In this document: in pieces, positions 46,966-56,883 of the stretch
Layout of the letters: each line of letters begins with the position of its first letter
Numbering within the stretch: the stretch's first letter is position 1
From: an uncultured Porphyromonadaceae bacterium
GTDB taxonomy: Bacteria > Bacteroidota > Bacteroidia > Bacteroidales > Muribaculaceae
Assembly (NCBI GenBank): GCA_947039315.1
Contig: CAMQYM010000004.1
Location: 291 to 64,290 of the forward strand
Direction: 5' to 3'
DNA length: 64,000 bases
Notes under the pieces: generated by a model
What the model was told of the DNA's origin: nothing
What the model saw: the letters and a program-made list of their open reading frames with translations, nothing else
The model's database searches: none
Program-made: the position numbers and the translations under genes

Positions 46966-48516
46966 TTACGAAAGGTTAGTCTTGGTTTCTTTGTTCACAA
47001 AGTGGCACATAATGCTTACCTCGGCCACAAGAAGGATGGTGAATACTGCGGCGAACATCCAGAATGTGGTCACCACCGATGATGCCGGTATGTCGGAGAT
47101 TGCCGCGCACGTGGGAAGCAGGTCCTGGATGGTCCAGGGCTGACGGCCCACTTCCGCTATTGCCCATCCCGCCTCGGAGCATACCCACATAAATGGTACC
47201 GAGATCATGGCTGTCAGCTGGAACCAGCGCCAGCGCTCGAGCAGTTGCGGCTTGTAGGTGAGTGCGATGGTGAAGATATAGAAAAGAAAGAAGTAGCTTC
47301 CCAATATCACCATCAGCCGGAAGGTGGTGAAGGTCAGTCCCACAGGAGGTATTGCCTCGTCGACGCTGTTGAAGTATCCGTAGCCGAAATAGGGATAATC
47401 GGCGCGGAAGTCCTTGAGAGATGTCTCCATTGCGGTTTTGTCGCCCGCTTTTCGGGCTGTATCGTATGCGGCGAGAGCCTTGTGGGCGGCCTTGCCGCGC
47501 TCGATGCGCTCGGCGTAGGAGACGGTGTTGACGGTGTCTCCGTTCACGATGTCCACTCCCTTCACGATGTCGGCGATGCCCGGCACGAAGGCGTTGGGGT
47601 CATGTTTCGCGAGGATGGAGAGTCCGTAGGGGATGGAGATGTCGAACAGATACTCATCCTCGTCGTTGTCCCACCGCTTGTCGGGGTTGAGGATGGCAAC
47701 TGCGGATATTGCCTGGGCCTCGTGACCGTGATAGAGACCTTCCATCGCGGCGAGTTTCATCGGCTGATGGCGTGCAACCTGCACCGCCGAGCCGTCACCT
47801 GTCCATATAGTGAGAATCAGTCCGATAAGCCCGAACCATGAAGCCGTTCTGATCGAGAGGATGGCGAAGTCGCGGTTGCGGCGCTTCCAGAGCATGAAGC
47901 AGCTGACACCGATCACGAACACGCCGGCGAGAGCCCAGCCACTGAACACGGCGTGGAAGAACTTGTTGATGGCTATCCCCGAGAAGAGCGCCCAGAAATC
48001 ATCCATCACGTTGCGCATCTGTGCCGGGTCGAACTCCATGCCGACCGGATATTGCATCCAGGCATTGGCGATCAGAATCCAGAGCGACGAGAGCGATGCG
48101 CCTATGGCGGTGAGCCATGTCGAGGCGAGGTGGAAGCGTGGACTCACCTTGTTCCATCCGAAGAACATCACCGCAACGAAGGTGGCCTCCATGAAGAAGG
48201 CGAGGATTCCCTCGATGGCCAGCGGCGCTCCGAAGATGTCGCCGACAAACCAGGAATAATTGCTCCAGTTCGTGCCGAACTCGAATTCCAGGATAAGACC
48301 GGTGGCCACACCGATGGCGAAATTGATGCCGAACAAGGTCATCCAGAATTTGGTGGCCTTGAGCCACCTCTCCGATTTTGTTCTCAGATAGATTGTTTCC
48401 ATCACCGCCACCAGCACTGAAAGCCCCAGTGTCAGCGGCACGAAAAGCCAGTGGTAGATCGCGGTCAGCGCGAACTGCATCCGCGACCAGTCGACAACAT
48501 CGGTCAGATTATCCAT
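46966..48516 (-). CDS. cydA: Cytochrome bd ubiquinol oxidase subunit I
   Basis: SRMQFALTAIYHWLFVPLTLG, the Q-loop region and GWAIAEVGRQPW signature. Confidence 0.95.
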   Translation of the reverse strand: MDNLTDVVDWSRMQFALTAIYHWLFVPLTLGLSVLVAVMETIYLRTKSERWLKATKFWMTLFGINFAIGVATGLILEFEFGTNWSNYSWFVGDIFGAPLAIEGILAFFMEATFVAVMFFGWNKVSPRFHLASTWLTAIGASLSSLWILIANAWMQYPVGMEFDPAQMRNVMDDFWALFSGIAINKFFHAVFSGWALAGVFVIGVSCFMLWKRRNRDFAILSIRTASWFGLIGLILTIWTGDGSAVQVARHQPMKLAAMEGLYHGHEAQAISAVAILNPDKRWDNDEDEYLFDISIPYGLSILAKHDPNAFVPGIADIVKGVDIVNGDTVNTVSYAERIERGKAAHKALAAYDTARKAGDKTAMETSLKDFRADYPYFGYGYFNSVDEAIPPVGLTFTTFRLMVILGSYFFLFYIFTIALTYKPQLLERWRWFQLTAMISVPFMWVCSEAGWAIAEVGRQPWTIQDLLPTCAAISDIPASSVVTTFWMFAAVFTILLVAEVSIMCHFVNKETKTNLS

Positions 48517-48789
48517 ATAGTATCTTTTTGGGTTATTGTGTTTCAGGATTACAGAATGTCGGCTATTTTACCCATTGCTGCGGACTTTGGTATGCATAAC
48601 AATTTGACACCTAATCTTTTAAGATGTATGATGCAGATTCAGTCAGTCTGTCCATGCATTATTGTCGTGTACACATCAGCATTGTTGTTATCCGATTGCA
48701 AATATAACAAATTTTATCAGATTATTTTAACCGTTGTCTCTTTTTTTATTAAAATATCTTCAAGTCGTTAAAAAATGGAATATATTTTG

Positions 48790-48797
48790 TAACTTTG
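48790..48797 (+). promoter_or_regulatory. Candidate -7 element TAACTTTG upstream of the DUF4494 gene
   Basis: Matches TAnnTTTG and would give a GC-rich leader of about 110 nt. No clear -33. Confidence 0.35.
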
Positions 48798-48913
48798 CAC
48801 TGCGCATGACGAGTCGTTTTATCGGCCGCTGACGTTGCGCCGTGGCCTTTGCTGAGTCGGTGCGCGTATGTTTTTTATTATCGGACGGGGGAGGGGTTTA
48901 AATATATCATACA

Positions 48914-49354
48914 ATGGCACTTTGGTTTGAATGTAAGGTAAGATACGACAAAATGCAGGAAAACGGCACCGTCAAGAAGGTGAATGAGCCTTATCTTGTG
49001 GATGCCCTGACATTTACCGAGGCGGAAGCCCGAATAATGGAGGAGATGAAGCCCTTTATCTCAGGGGAGTATTCGATAGCGTCGGAGAAGAAGACGAAGA
49101 TTTCGGAGATATTCTTCAATGAAGGGGGTGACCGTTACTATCTTGTGAAGGTAAACTTCATCACTCTCGACGAGAAGAGCGGCGTGGAGAAAAAGACAGT
49201 GACCCAGATTCTGGTGCAGGCTTCGGACTTTGACAGCGCGCTTGCCAATTTCAAGAAAGGTATGGAGGGAACGATGGCCGATTATGAGATCGCCTCGATA
49301 GCGGAGACGCTGCTGATGGATGTGTTCGGCGCAGACCTTTCGATCAAGGAGTAA
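48914..49354 (+). CDS. DUF4494 domain-containing protein
   Basis: MALWFECKVRYDKMQENGTVKKVNEPYLVDALTFTEAEARI matches my recollection of the conserved Bacteroidetes DUF4494 family. Confidence 0.72.
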   Translation: MALWFECKVRYDKMQENGTVKKVNEPYLVDALTFTEAEARIMEEMKPFISGEYSIASEKKTKISEIFFNEGGDRYYLVKVNFITLDEKSGVEKKTVTQILVQASDFDSALANFKKGMEGTMADYEIASIAETLLMDVFGADLSIKE

Positions 49355-49365
49355 AGTACGGGGAT

Positions 49366-50034
49366 ATGTCGATAGCAAGCGAGATACAGAAACTCCAGGC
49401 CGAACTTCCGGAGGGGGTGCGGCTTGTGGCGGTGTCGAAATTTCACCCGGCGGAGGCTGTGGTGGAGGCGTATGCCGCCGGACAGCGCCTTTTCGGCGAA
49501 AGCCGCGTGCAGGAACTGCTGCAGAAGATTCCGCTCTGTCCCTCCGACATACAGTGGCATTTCATAGGACATCTGCAGACCAACAAGGTGCGTCAGCTCA
49601 TGGGGAAGACCGCGCTCATAGAGAGCGTGGACTCTGAGCGGCTTCTGGAGCTGATCGACAGCGAGTCGGCGCGGGCCGGTGTTGTCACCAGAGTTCTGAT
49701 GCAGGTCCATGTGGCCCGCGAGGAGACGAAATTCGGTTTCTGGCCTGACGAATTTCTCGAGTATTTCAGGGCGCGTAAGTTCGAGACGCTCAAGGCAACT
49801 CACATCTGCGGGGTGATGGGTATGGCTTCCAACACCGACGACATGGATCGTGTGCGCGCCGATTTCCGGGCTATCGCCGATGTGTTCCGCGCCATCCGCG
49901 ACGACAGCGCTCTCGCGTTGCGCGGTTTCGACACGCTTTCGATGGGCATGAGCGGCGACTGGCCGGTTGCCGTGGAGGAGGGCGCCAGCCTTGTCCGAGT
50001 AGGCACGCGGATCTTCGGGCCGAGACAATACTGA
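49366..50034 (+). CDS. YggS family pyridoxal-phosphate homeostasis protein
   Basis: LVAVSKFHP (PLP lysine), HFIGHLQTNKV and LSMGMSGD motifs. Confidence 0.9.
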   Translation: MSIASEIQKLQAELPEGVRLVAVSKFHPAEAVVEAYAAGQRLFGESRVQELLQKIPLCPSDIQWHFIGHLQTNKVRQLMGKTALIESVDSERLLELIDSESARAGVVTRVLMQVHVAREETKFGFWPDEFLEYFRARKFETLKATHICGVMGMASNTDDMDRVRADFRAIADVFRAIRDDSALALRGFDTLSMGMSGDWPVAVEEGASLVRVGTRIFGPRQY

Positions 50035-50113
50035 CCGTCCCGGTTGAAGGATGCCGCCGGATTCTGCCGGTCGAGGATAAGATCTGAAAAGACACTAACC
50101 TTAAATCAAAATT

Positions 50114-51439
50114 ATGACAACGACTCAAAAGAAACCTGTTGTGGCGATCATCACGATGTTCTTCATGTTCGCGATGATTTCGTTCGTCACCAACATGGCG
50201 GCTCCGTTCGGCAATATCTGGAGCTTCCGTTATGAATGGTCCGGTATGGCCGGCAACCTTATGAACTTCCTCGCCTATCTATTCATGGGTATACCCGCCG
50301 GAAACATGCTGATAAAATATGGCTACAAGAAGACGGCGCTGATAGCTCTTGCCGTCGGCGCCATCGGTCTTTCCATCCAGCTCCTCTCCAGCGTGGCGGG
50401 TGCCGACGTGGTTGTGGCCGGCGGTGAGAACCCCGTCACACTCAATCTTTTCATCTACCTCCTGGGCGCGTTTATCTGCGGTCTTTGCGTCTGCATGCTC
50501 AACACCGTGGTGAACCCGATGCTCAATCTTCTCGGAGGCGGAGGCAACAAGGGCAATCAGCTCATCCAGACCGGAGGCACGCTCAACTCCCTGGCCGGCA
50601 CGCTTACTCCGCTGCTTGTCGGAATGCTTGTCGGCACGCTCACCAGGCAGACCACCATGGCATCCGTCGCACCCCTCGTGGTGACCGGCATCGTAATTTT
50701 TGTACTCTCTTTCATCGTGATCTCGTTTGTGAAGATCAGGGAGCCGCAGACCAACCTCAAGAAGGTGAATTACGAGCACAGCCCCCTGGCGTTCCGTCAC
50801 TGTCTGCTCGGCGTGATCGCCATTTTCTTCTATGTCGGAATCGAAATCGGCATACCGGCCGAGATGAATGCCTGGATTTCCCGCGAGAATTTCGAGGGAG
50901 CCGCAGCTGTGGCCGGTTCGCTCGCCGCCCTTTACTGGCTTATGATGCTCATAGGCCGTTTCCTCAGCTCGATCATCTCCGGCAAGGTGTCCACCCGCAC
51001 CCAGATGGTGACCGTATCCACAGTCGCCATCATCCTCGTGCTGACGGCAATATTCCTCCCCGAAAGCGTCACGTTCACCTCTCCCTCCATTCCCGCGCTT
51101 AACATCACTTCCGGCCAGGTGCCGATGAAGTGCCTCTTCCTCTTCCTTTGCGGCCTCTGCACCTCGGTGATGTGGGGCGGAATCTTCAATCTCGCCACCG
51201 AAGGCCTCGGCAAGTACACCGCCAAGGCCTCGGGTCTTTTCATGATGATGGTGGTCGGCGGCGGCGTAATGCCGTATGTCCAGGACTGGATCGGCCGTAC
51301 CGCAGGTTATGTGAACAGCTACTGGCTGGTGGTGGCGATGCTCGTCTATATCCTTTTCTACTCTATAGCCGGCTCGAAGAATGTAAACCGTGATATTCCC
51401 GTCGGTCAGGATGAGGCTCCGGATCTCCGCGACCTCTGA
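50114..51439 (+). CDS. MFS sugar transporter (FucP / glucose-galactose permease type)
   Basis: 12-TM profile. The N-terminal pattern (FFMFAMISFVTNMAAPF…) and length are typical of the FHS family. Confidence 0.82.
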   Translation: MTTTQKKPVVAIITMFFMFAMISFVTNMAAPFGNIWSFRYEWSGMAGNLMNFLAYLFMGIPAGNMLIKYGYKKTALIALAVGAIGLSIQLLSSVAGADVVVAGGENPVTLNLFIYLLGAFICGLCVCMLNTVVNPMLNLLGGGGNKGNQLIQTGGTLNSLAGTLTPLLVGMLVGTLTRQTTMASVAPLVVTGIVIFVLSFIVISFVKIREPQTNLKKVNYEHSPLAFRHCLLGVIAIFFYVGIEIGIPAEMNAWISRENFEGAAAVAGSLAALYWLMMLIGRFLSSIISGKVSTRTQMVTVSTVAIILVLTAIFLPESVTFTSPSIPALNITSGQVPMKCLFLFLCGLCTSVMWGGIFNLATEGLGKYTAKASGLFMMMVVGGGVMPYVQDWIGRTAGYVNSYWLVVAMLVYILFYSIAGSKNVNRDIPVGQDEAPDLRDL

Positions 51440-51496
51440 GAAGATAACGGAAGTAAAGTGACTGAAATCTTAAAATCTAAAACGAATTATATTGAT

Positions 51497-53521
51497 ATGG
51501 ATGTAAAGACAATGAATTCGGCCGCCGACAATCTGCGTGTGCTGATTGCCGAGATGGTGGAGAAAGCCAAATCAGGCCATCCCGGCGGCTCGCTCGGGGC
51601 AGCCGATTTCATCAATGTGCTGTACTCGTCGTTTCTCGAATACGACCCGGAGGACCCGCAATGGTTCGCCCGCGACCGTTTCTTCCTCGATCCCGGCCAC
51701 ATGTCGCCGATGCTTTACGGCATATTGGCTCTCGCCGGCAAATACTCTATGGAGGATCTGCAGAATTTCCGTCAGTGGGAGAGCGTCACTCCGGGCCATC
51801 CCGAACTCGACGTTGCCCGCGGAGTGGAGAACGGCTCAGGCCCGCTGGGCCAGGGTCATGTCATGGCCGTCGGCTGCGCCATAGCCGAGCGCTTCCTTGC
51901 CGCACGCTTCGGCGAAGTGGTGGCCCACAAGACTTATGCTTTTATCTCCGACGGTGGTATTCAGGAGGAGATCTCGCAGGGCGCGGGCCGTATCGCAGGA
52001 TTGCTCGGACTCCACAATCTCATCATGTTCTATGACTCCAACGAAGTCCAGCTCTCCACCAAGGTAGAGGAGGTGGACCATGAGGATGTCGCCGCCAAGT
52101 ACCGCGCATGGGGCTGGAATGTCCTTGAGGTCGACGGCTGCGATCCTCTTGCAATCGCGGCAGCCCTGCAGACCGCTGTCGATGAGAAGGAACGTCCCAC
52201 GCTCATCATCGGCCATACAGTGATGGCCCGCGGTGTGGTCCGCGCCGACGGCTCCTCTATGGAGGGAGCCGTCAATACCCACGGCCAGCCCCTTTCCGCC
52301 GCAGGTGCCGATCTGGACGCAACCGTCCGCGGATGGGGCGGCGATCCGGAAAACCCCTGGATGATCCGTCCCGAGGTGGCCGAACTCTATGCGGAGCGCG
52401 CCGCCCGGCTGAGGGAGACCGTAGCTCGCCGCCGTAAGGAATTCGAACTCTGGGCGCAGCGGAATCCGGAACTCGCCGCACATCTCCGCGACTGCCGCGA
52501 GCTGAAACTTCCTGAACTCGACTGGGATTCCATCGAACTCAAGCCGAACATGGCGTCGCGCGCCGCGTCGGCTTCCGTACTCGGTTTCCTCGCCGAACAT
52601 ATCGACAACATGATAGTGTCCAGCGCCGACCTCGCCAACAGCGACAAGACCGACGGCTTCCTGAAGAAGACCCGCGCTTTCCTGCGCGGCGATTTCTCGG
52701 GCGCGTTCCTCCAGATGGGTGTCGCCGAACTCACCATGGCCTGCGTCATCAACGGTATCGCGCTCCACGGAGGTGTGTTCGCGGCCTGCGCCACTTTCTT
52801 CGTCTTCAGCGACTATATGAAGCCCGCCATCCGCATGGCGGCACTGCAGGAACTTCCCGTGAAGTTCATTTATTCCCATGATTCGTTCCGTGTCGGAGAG
52901 GATGGTCCCACTCACGAACCCATCGAGCAGGAGGCGCAGATACGTCTCATGGAGCAGGTGCGCAATTTCAGCGGCCGTCCCTCAGTGCTCGTGATCCGTC
53001 CAGCCGACTCTGCGGAAACAGTGGAGGCTTACCGTCTGGCCATGGAGAACAGAGACACTCCGACTGTGCTCATCTTCTCGCGTCAGAATCTCGAGGATCT
53101 TCCCGGCGAGAACCGCCGCGAGGAGGCAAGGAAGGCGGCACACGGCGGTTATGTGGTCGTTCCGGCTGAAAATCCCGACGTAGTGCTCGTCGCCAACGGC
53201 AGCGATGTCGCTCTGCTTGTGCATGCAGCTGAGGCTCTCAAGGCAGAGGGTGTCAGGGCCCGCGTGGTGTCGGTTCCCTCCGCAGGTCTTTTCGGAGAGC
53301 AGACTCCGGAGTATCGCGAAAGTGTACTTCCGGCTGGAGTGCCGCAGTTCGGCCTGACAAGCGGTCTTCCCGCCGCTCTCTGGCCCGTGATGAGCGGTCG
53401 TTACGAAGTGATGGGTCTCGAACGCTTCGGAGCATCCGCTCCCGCCAAAGTGCTCGAAGAGAAATTCGGCTATACTCCCGAAGCCGTCACCGCCCGCATC
53501 CGCAAATTCCTTAAAAAATAA
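51497..53521 (+). CDS. tkt: Transketolase
   Basis: TPP motif KSGHPGGSLG, GPLGQGH, ISDGGIQEEIS and HDSFRVGEDGPTHEPIEQ. The start is set at the first ATG (51497); the ORF-track GTG at 51458 is also possible. Confidence 0.93.
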   Translation: MDVKTMNSAADNLRVLIAEMVEKAKSGHPGGSLGAADFINVLYSSFLEYDPEDPQWFARDRFFLDPGHMSPMLYGILALAGKYSMEDLQNFRQWESVTPGHPELDVARGVENGSGPLGQGHVMAVGCAIAERFLAARFGEVVAHKTYAFISDGGIQEEISQGAGRIAGLLGLHNLIMFYDSNEVQLSTKVEEVDHEDVAAKYRAWGWNVLEVDGCDPLAIAAALQTAVDEKERPTLIIGHTVMARGVVRADGSSMEGAVNTHGQPLSAAGADLDATVRGWGGDPENPWMIRPEVAELYAERAARLRETVARRRKEFELWAQRNPELAAHLRDCRELKLPELDWDSIELKPNMASRAASASVLGFLAEHIDNMIVSSADLANSDKTDGFLKKTRAFLRGDFSGAFLQMGVAELTMACVINGIALHGGVFAACATFFVFSDYMKPAIRMAALQELPVKFIYSHDSFRVGEDGPTHEPIEQEAQIRLMEQVRNFSGRPSVLVIRPADSAETVEAYRLAMENRDTPTVLIFSRQNLEDLPGENRREEARKAAHGGYVVVPAENPDVVLVANGSDVALLVHAAEALKAEGVRARVVSVPSAGLFGEQTPEYRESVLPAGVPQFGLTSGLPAALWPVMSGRYEVMGLERFGASAPAKVLEEKFGYTPEAVTARIRKFLKK

Positions 53522-53550
53522 ATCCATCCGGTCTGAAACCTGAATCCTTA

Positions 53551-53593
53551 TTAACCCCAGGCACTGAAGCTAAGCGTAGGTGCCTGGGGTTAA
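53551..53593 (+). terminator. Intrinsic terminator after tkt
   Basis: Perfect 14-bp stem ttaaccccaggcac / gtgcctggggttaa with a 15-nt loop. The downstream T-run is weak. Confidence 0.65.
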
Positions 53594-53679
53594 ATGCGAT
53601 GTGACATGCCAATCATGGAGAGGCTGCGCCATGTCCCGGCAGTAGATAATAATCCGGTCGGTTTTTCTGTTACATAGGT

Positions 53680-54345
53680 ATGGAAGTTATCTACGAGGAC
53701 AACCATATAATCGTTGTCAATAAGAGGGCCGGGGAAATCGTGCAGGGGGACAGGACAGGCGACACTCCGCTTTCGGAAACTGTCAAGGAATATATACGCC
53801 AGAAGTACGACAAGTCGGGAAATGTGTTCTGCGGCGTGGTGCACCGTATCGACCGGCCGGTATCGGGGCTGGTGATTTTTGCGCGCACCTCCAAGGCTCT
53901 GGAGCGTCTCAACCGCATGCTTCGCGACGGAGAGATCCACAAGACTTATTGGGCTCTTGTCGAGGGACATCCGGAGCGCGAGGAAGCGGAACTGGAAAAC
54001 TGGCTGTTCTCAGACGGACGCATTAACAAGACCTTCATCGCCGACTCAGGTCACCGCGACGCCAAACTGTCGCGGCTGCGCTACCGTACGATAGCGCGCG
54101 GCGACCGCTACACACTGCTCGAAGTCAACCTCCTTACCGGCAGGAAACATCAGATCCGGGCGCAGTTGGCCGCCATAGGCCATCCTATCAAGGGAGACCT
54201 TAAATATGGCGCCCGGCGTAGTAATCCCGACGGCGGCATCTCCCTCCAGGCTCATTCCATTGGATTCATCCATCCCGTCAGCAAACAGCAGATAAAACTC
54301 GAGATTTCCCCGTTAGAGGATGCTTCAAGGCTGTTGAAACGTTAA
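53680..54345 (+). CDS. RluA family pseudouridine synthase
   Basis: Catalytic motif HRIDRPVSGLV, plus YEDNHIIVVNKRAG and HQIRAQL blocks. Confidence 0.87.
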   Translation: MEVIYEDNHIIVVNKRAGEIVQGDRTGDTPLSETVKEYIRQKYDKSGNVFCGVVHRIDRPVSGLVIFARTSKALERLNRMLRDGEIHKTYWALVEGHPEREEAELENWLFSDGRINKTFIADSGHRDAKLSRLRYRTIARGDRYTLLEVNLLTGRKHQIRAQLAAIGHPIKGDLKYGARRSNPDGGISLQAHSIGFIHPVSKQQIKLEISPLEDASRLLKR

Positions 54346-54427
54346 ATGATGTTAACAAATGCTGTTTTTAGACATTAAAATTTGGAGAATCCGGAAAGAA
54401 GCATTAACTTTGCACTCGATTTAAGAC

Positions 54428-54499
<72 letters not shown>

Positions 54500-54502
54500 C
54501 TA

Positions 54503-54548
54503 AGAAAGAGAGAATGGAAATCCGTTGGGGTTTCCATTCTCTCTTTCT
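54503..54548 (+). terminator. Intrinsic terminator after tRNA-Met
   Basis: Perfect 18-bp stem agaaagagagaatggaaa / tttccattctctctttct with a 10-nt loop, followed by attttcc. Confidence 0.8.
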
Positions 54549-54622
54549 ATTTTCCATATTCTCTTTCTATGTTGTATTCAAAAATTTTTATTATTGTTAT
54601 TTTATTGATAATAAAATAATTA

Positions 54623-54630
54623 CCCCCCCC
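54623..54630. repeat. Homopolymeric C8 tract upstream of the pilus-operon promoter
   Basis: tacccccccc gg: eight consecutive C, 26 nt upstream of the candidate -33 element. Confidence 0.9.
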
Positions 54631-54655
54631 GGATGCAAAATTTATTATAAATATG

Positions 54656-54687
54656 TTTGGAAATATTAATCTGATGTATTATTTTTG
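54656..54687 (+). promoter_or_regulatory. Promoter (-33 TTTG / -7 TATTTTTG) of the type V pilus operon
   Basis: TTTG at 54656-54659, a 20-nt spacer, then TATTTTTG at 54680-54687. The predicted leader is about 240 nt. Confidence 0.5.
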
Positions 54688-54935
54688 TATTCGATAATAG
54701 GATCGTCAAGTATTAATGAGGTTCTGACTTGACGCAATTTCTGAAAAGCAACACCAGAACCTTTTCCCCAATATAACATAACTACATGTAGCTTTAGCGA
54801 CCTCGGCAAGTCGCTTAGGCATCTATATAGTCGCTTGGAATTCCCGTATTGCTTTTCGGGTGGGCTGTGCGGATATATAAGTCGTAACCATATTTAGAGG
54901 ATAAAAACAATAAACAACAATAAAATTACTGGATT

Positions 54936-56750
54936 ATGAGAATTTTTAATAAGCTCGCCGCATGCAGTCTGCTTATGGTCGGCATGATTGCCTGCAAAAA
55001 CGATGAGCCTTCCAACGGAGGTGATGATGGCATCATGACTGGCGATCCCTTCTATTCGACTGTCACCATCAGCAATCCCGCAAAGCGTTCGGGAGGAAAC
55101 AACGAAGGCGAAGAGATCGGCAAAGATTACGAGAATAAGATTTCATCGATTCTCGTCATTCTCGCCACCAAAGAGACCGAAGGCGGCGTGGACAAGTACA
55201 AGTTTCTGACTTCAGCCCACAGCGAGACCGCCACCAGCACCACGGAGACTGCCACCACGATGTCGGTTGTGTTCGAAAACAAAGTGCCCCTTTTCGATTA
55301 TGTGAAGGAGTATGGAAAGGCGGGAGCCAAGGTTTACATGTTCGCAATTTGCAATCCCACTCAGGAAATCAGCAAAAAAATCAATGGAACGAAAGATGCC
55401 GCCACCGGCGACATAACCGGGGCGATGGCGAAAGGCACGGAATTCCTCGATGAGATCTACGACATCACCGGTGCCGGTGCCGCTTCCATCTGGACCAACA
55501 GCAATTTCCTGATGACCAGCGTCGACATGTATGAGCGTGAGCTTCCCTCCGAGGCCGATCTGATGAAATACAACACGCCGGCAACTCCCTTCCCCCTTAC
55601 CTACAACACAGCGGAGAACAAAGAGGAGTCGCTCAAGGTGCTTCGCGTGATGTCGCGTTTTGATTTCAAGGATACCTCCGAAAGGGGAGACCAGATTTTC
55701 CCCGTCTACAATAAGGTGGACATGGAGAAGCCGGAAGCCGACCGTCGTGTCGTTGCCCACGTGAGGCTTACCCGTATGGCTCTCTTCAACATGCGCAATG
55801 AGTTCTACTACTTCCCGCGCGTGAAGGATGCCAACTACGAAAAGACCACCTATCTACCCGGCCGCGCCGGAATGGAGTTCGGTTATGACGAGGTAAACAA
55901 AAAGTTCACACCCGTATTCGTGGTGTCGCCCGATGCACACAATTACTCCTATGTCAATCTCGACTACTATAGCTCTGATAATCTCGGCAGTCTCGATTGG
56001 ACGAACGTCAGCGATATCCTTGGCCGCGATGAGGACGGTGACGGTGTGGACGGCAATTGGGACCACGCGGGCAACCCCGGTTTCCATATCTGGACATACG
56101 CTACGGAGAATACATTCGCGAAAGACGTGATTCCCGACAACAGGCAGGCGACCGGTATCGTTTTCGAGACCGAGATCATCGTGCCCGAGTTCGAACTTGA
56201 CGCCAACGGCAATACCTCCGCGATTCCTTTCGCCAACAAGGAGACAAAGGATGGCAGGACCGAGTACAAGACAATGTATCTCTACGACGACATTCTCTTC
56301 TCGAACGTAAACAGAATGTATGATTACGTGCAGACCCATCCGACTTCCAATCTCGCCGCGGCATTCAGCCAGGTGTTTACTGTAAACAAGGATGCTGCAA
56401 CCGGCAACGTTACTTCCATCGAACCTGTAAGGACAGCCGAGGGCAAGATCGACATCCGGAAGATGCACAATGTACGCATCTCGGTCTTTGAGCCCCGCGA
56501 CAAGGAGACCGGTGGCTACTACTGCTACTACTTCTACTACAACCAGCACGTAAACGACGGCAATATCGCCATCCAGAGCGATATGGAGTTTGCCACCGTG
56601 CGCAACAACATCTATAAGATCTCGGTGAACACGTTCTCCCGTCTCGGCGGCATCACGCCTCCCGATCCGGATGACTGGGATCTCTATTTCAAAGTCAATG
56701 TGGAGGTTTACAACTGGGTTGTGCGCTTCAACACAGGCATAGAGTTCTGA
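54936..56750 (+). CDS. Mfa1/FimA-like major fimbrial subunit (type V pilin), 604 aa
   Basis: Lipoprotein signal (LLMVGMIAC) and a basic processing site about 30 aa after the lipobox (NPAKR/SGG). SNFLMTSV and the C-terminal ATVRNNIYKISVNTFSRLG are typical of the Mfa1 family. Confidence 0.8.
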   Translation: MRIFNKLAACSLLMVGMIACKNDEPSNGGDDGIMTGDPFYSTVTISNPAKRSGGNNEGEEIGKDYENKISSILVILATKETEGGVDKYKFLTSAHSETATSTTETATTMSVVFENKVPLFDYVKEYGKAGAKVYMFAICNPTQEISKKINGTKDAATGDITGAMAKGTEFLDEIYDITGAGAASIWTNSNFLMTSVDMYERELPSEADLMKYNTPATPFPLTYNTAENKEESLKVLRVMSRFDFKDTSERGDQIFPVYNKVDMEKPEADRRVVAHVRLTRMALFNMRNEFYYFPRVKDANYEKTTYLPGRAGMEFGYDEVNKKFTPVFVVSPDAHNYSYVNLDYYSSDNLGSLDWTNVSDILGRDEDGDGVDGNWDHAGNPGFHIWTYATENTFAKDVIPDNRQATGIVFETEIIVPEFELDANGNTSAIPFANKETKDGRTEYKTMYLYDDILFSNVNRMYDYVQTHPTSNLAAAFSQVFTVNKDAATGNVTSIEPVRTAEGKIDIRKMHNVRISVFEPRDKETGGYYCYYFYYNQHVNDGNIAIQSDMEFATVRNNIYKISVNTFSRLGGITPPDPDDWDLYFKVNVEVYNWVVRFNTGIEF

Positions 56751-56781
56751 TGCCGGAAATAAGGACCGTACGGACTTCAGG

Positions 56782-56806
56782 CCGGAAGAGGAATTTCCTC
56801 TTCCGG
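56782..56806 (+). terminator. Intercistronic hairpin after the major pilin gene (partial terminator/attenuator candidate)
   Basis: 10-bp stem ccggaagagg / cctcttccgg with a 5-nt loop. A second 8-bp hairpin, catgcgga/tccgcatg, lies at 56829-56850. Confidence 0.5.
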
Positions 56807-56883
56807 TTCTGACCGGCGTTTTCACGGACATGCGGACTGATCTCCGCATGCCTGACCATAAACAATACACCAACACATCTGAA

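Noticed and set aside
48517-48800. A small cyd-associated ORF (DUF4492/CydX-like) upstream of cydA on the minus strand.
   Set aside because: Manual translation from the candidate starts (48655, 48659) gives peptides of only 6-14 codons before stops.
54541-54572. Short direct repeats (ctctttctat twice here; agtcgctt twice at 54809-54837) examined as a possible CRISPR array or att-site duplication next to the tRNA.
   Set aside because: The repeats are only 8-12 nt and occur just twice, with no regular spacer architecture. There is no integrase and no duplicated tRNA 3' end. I saw nothing CRISPR-like anywhere in the window.
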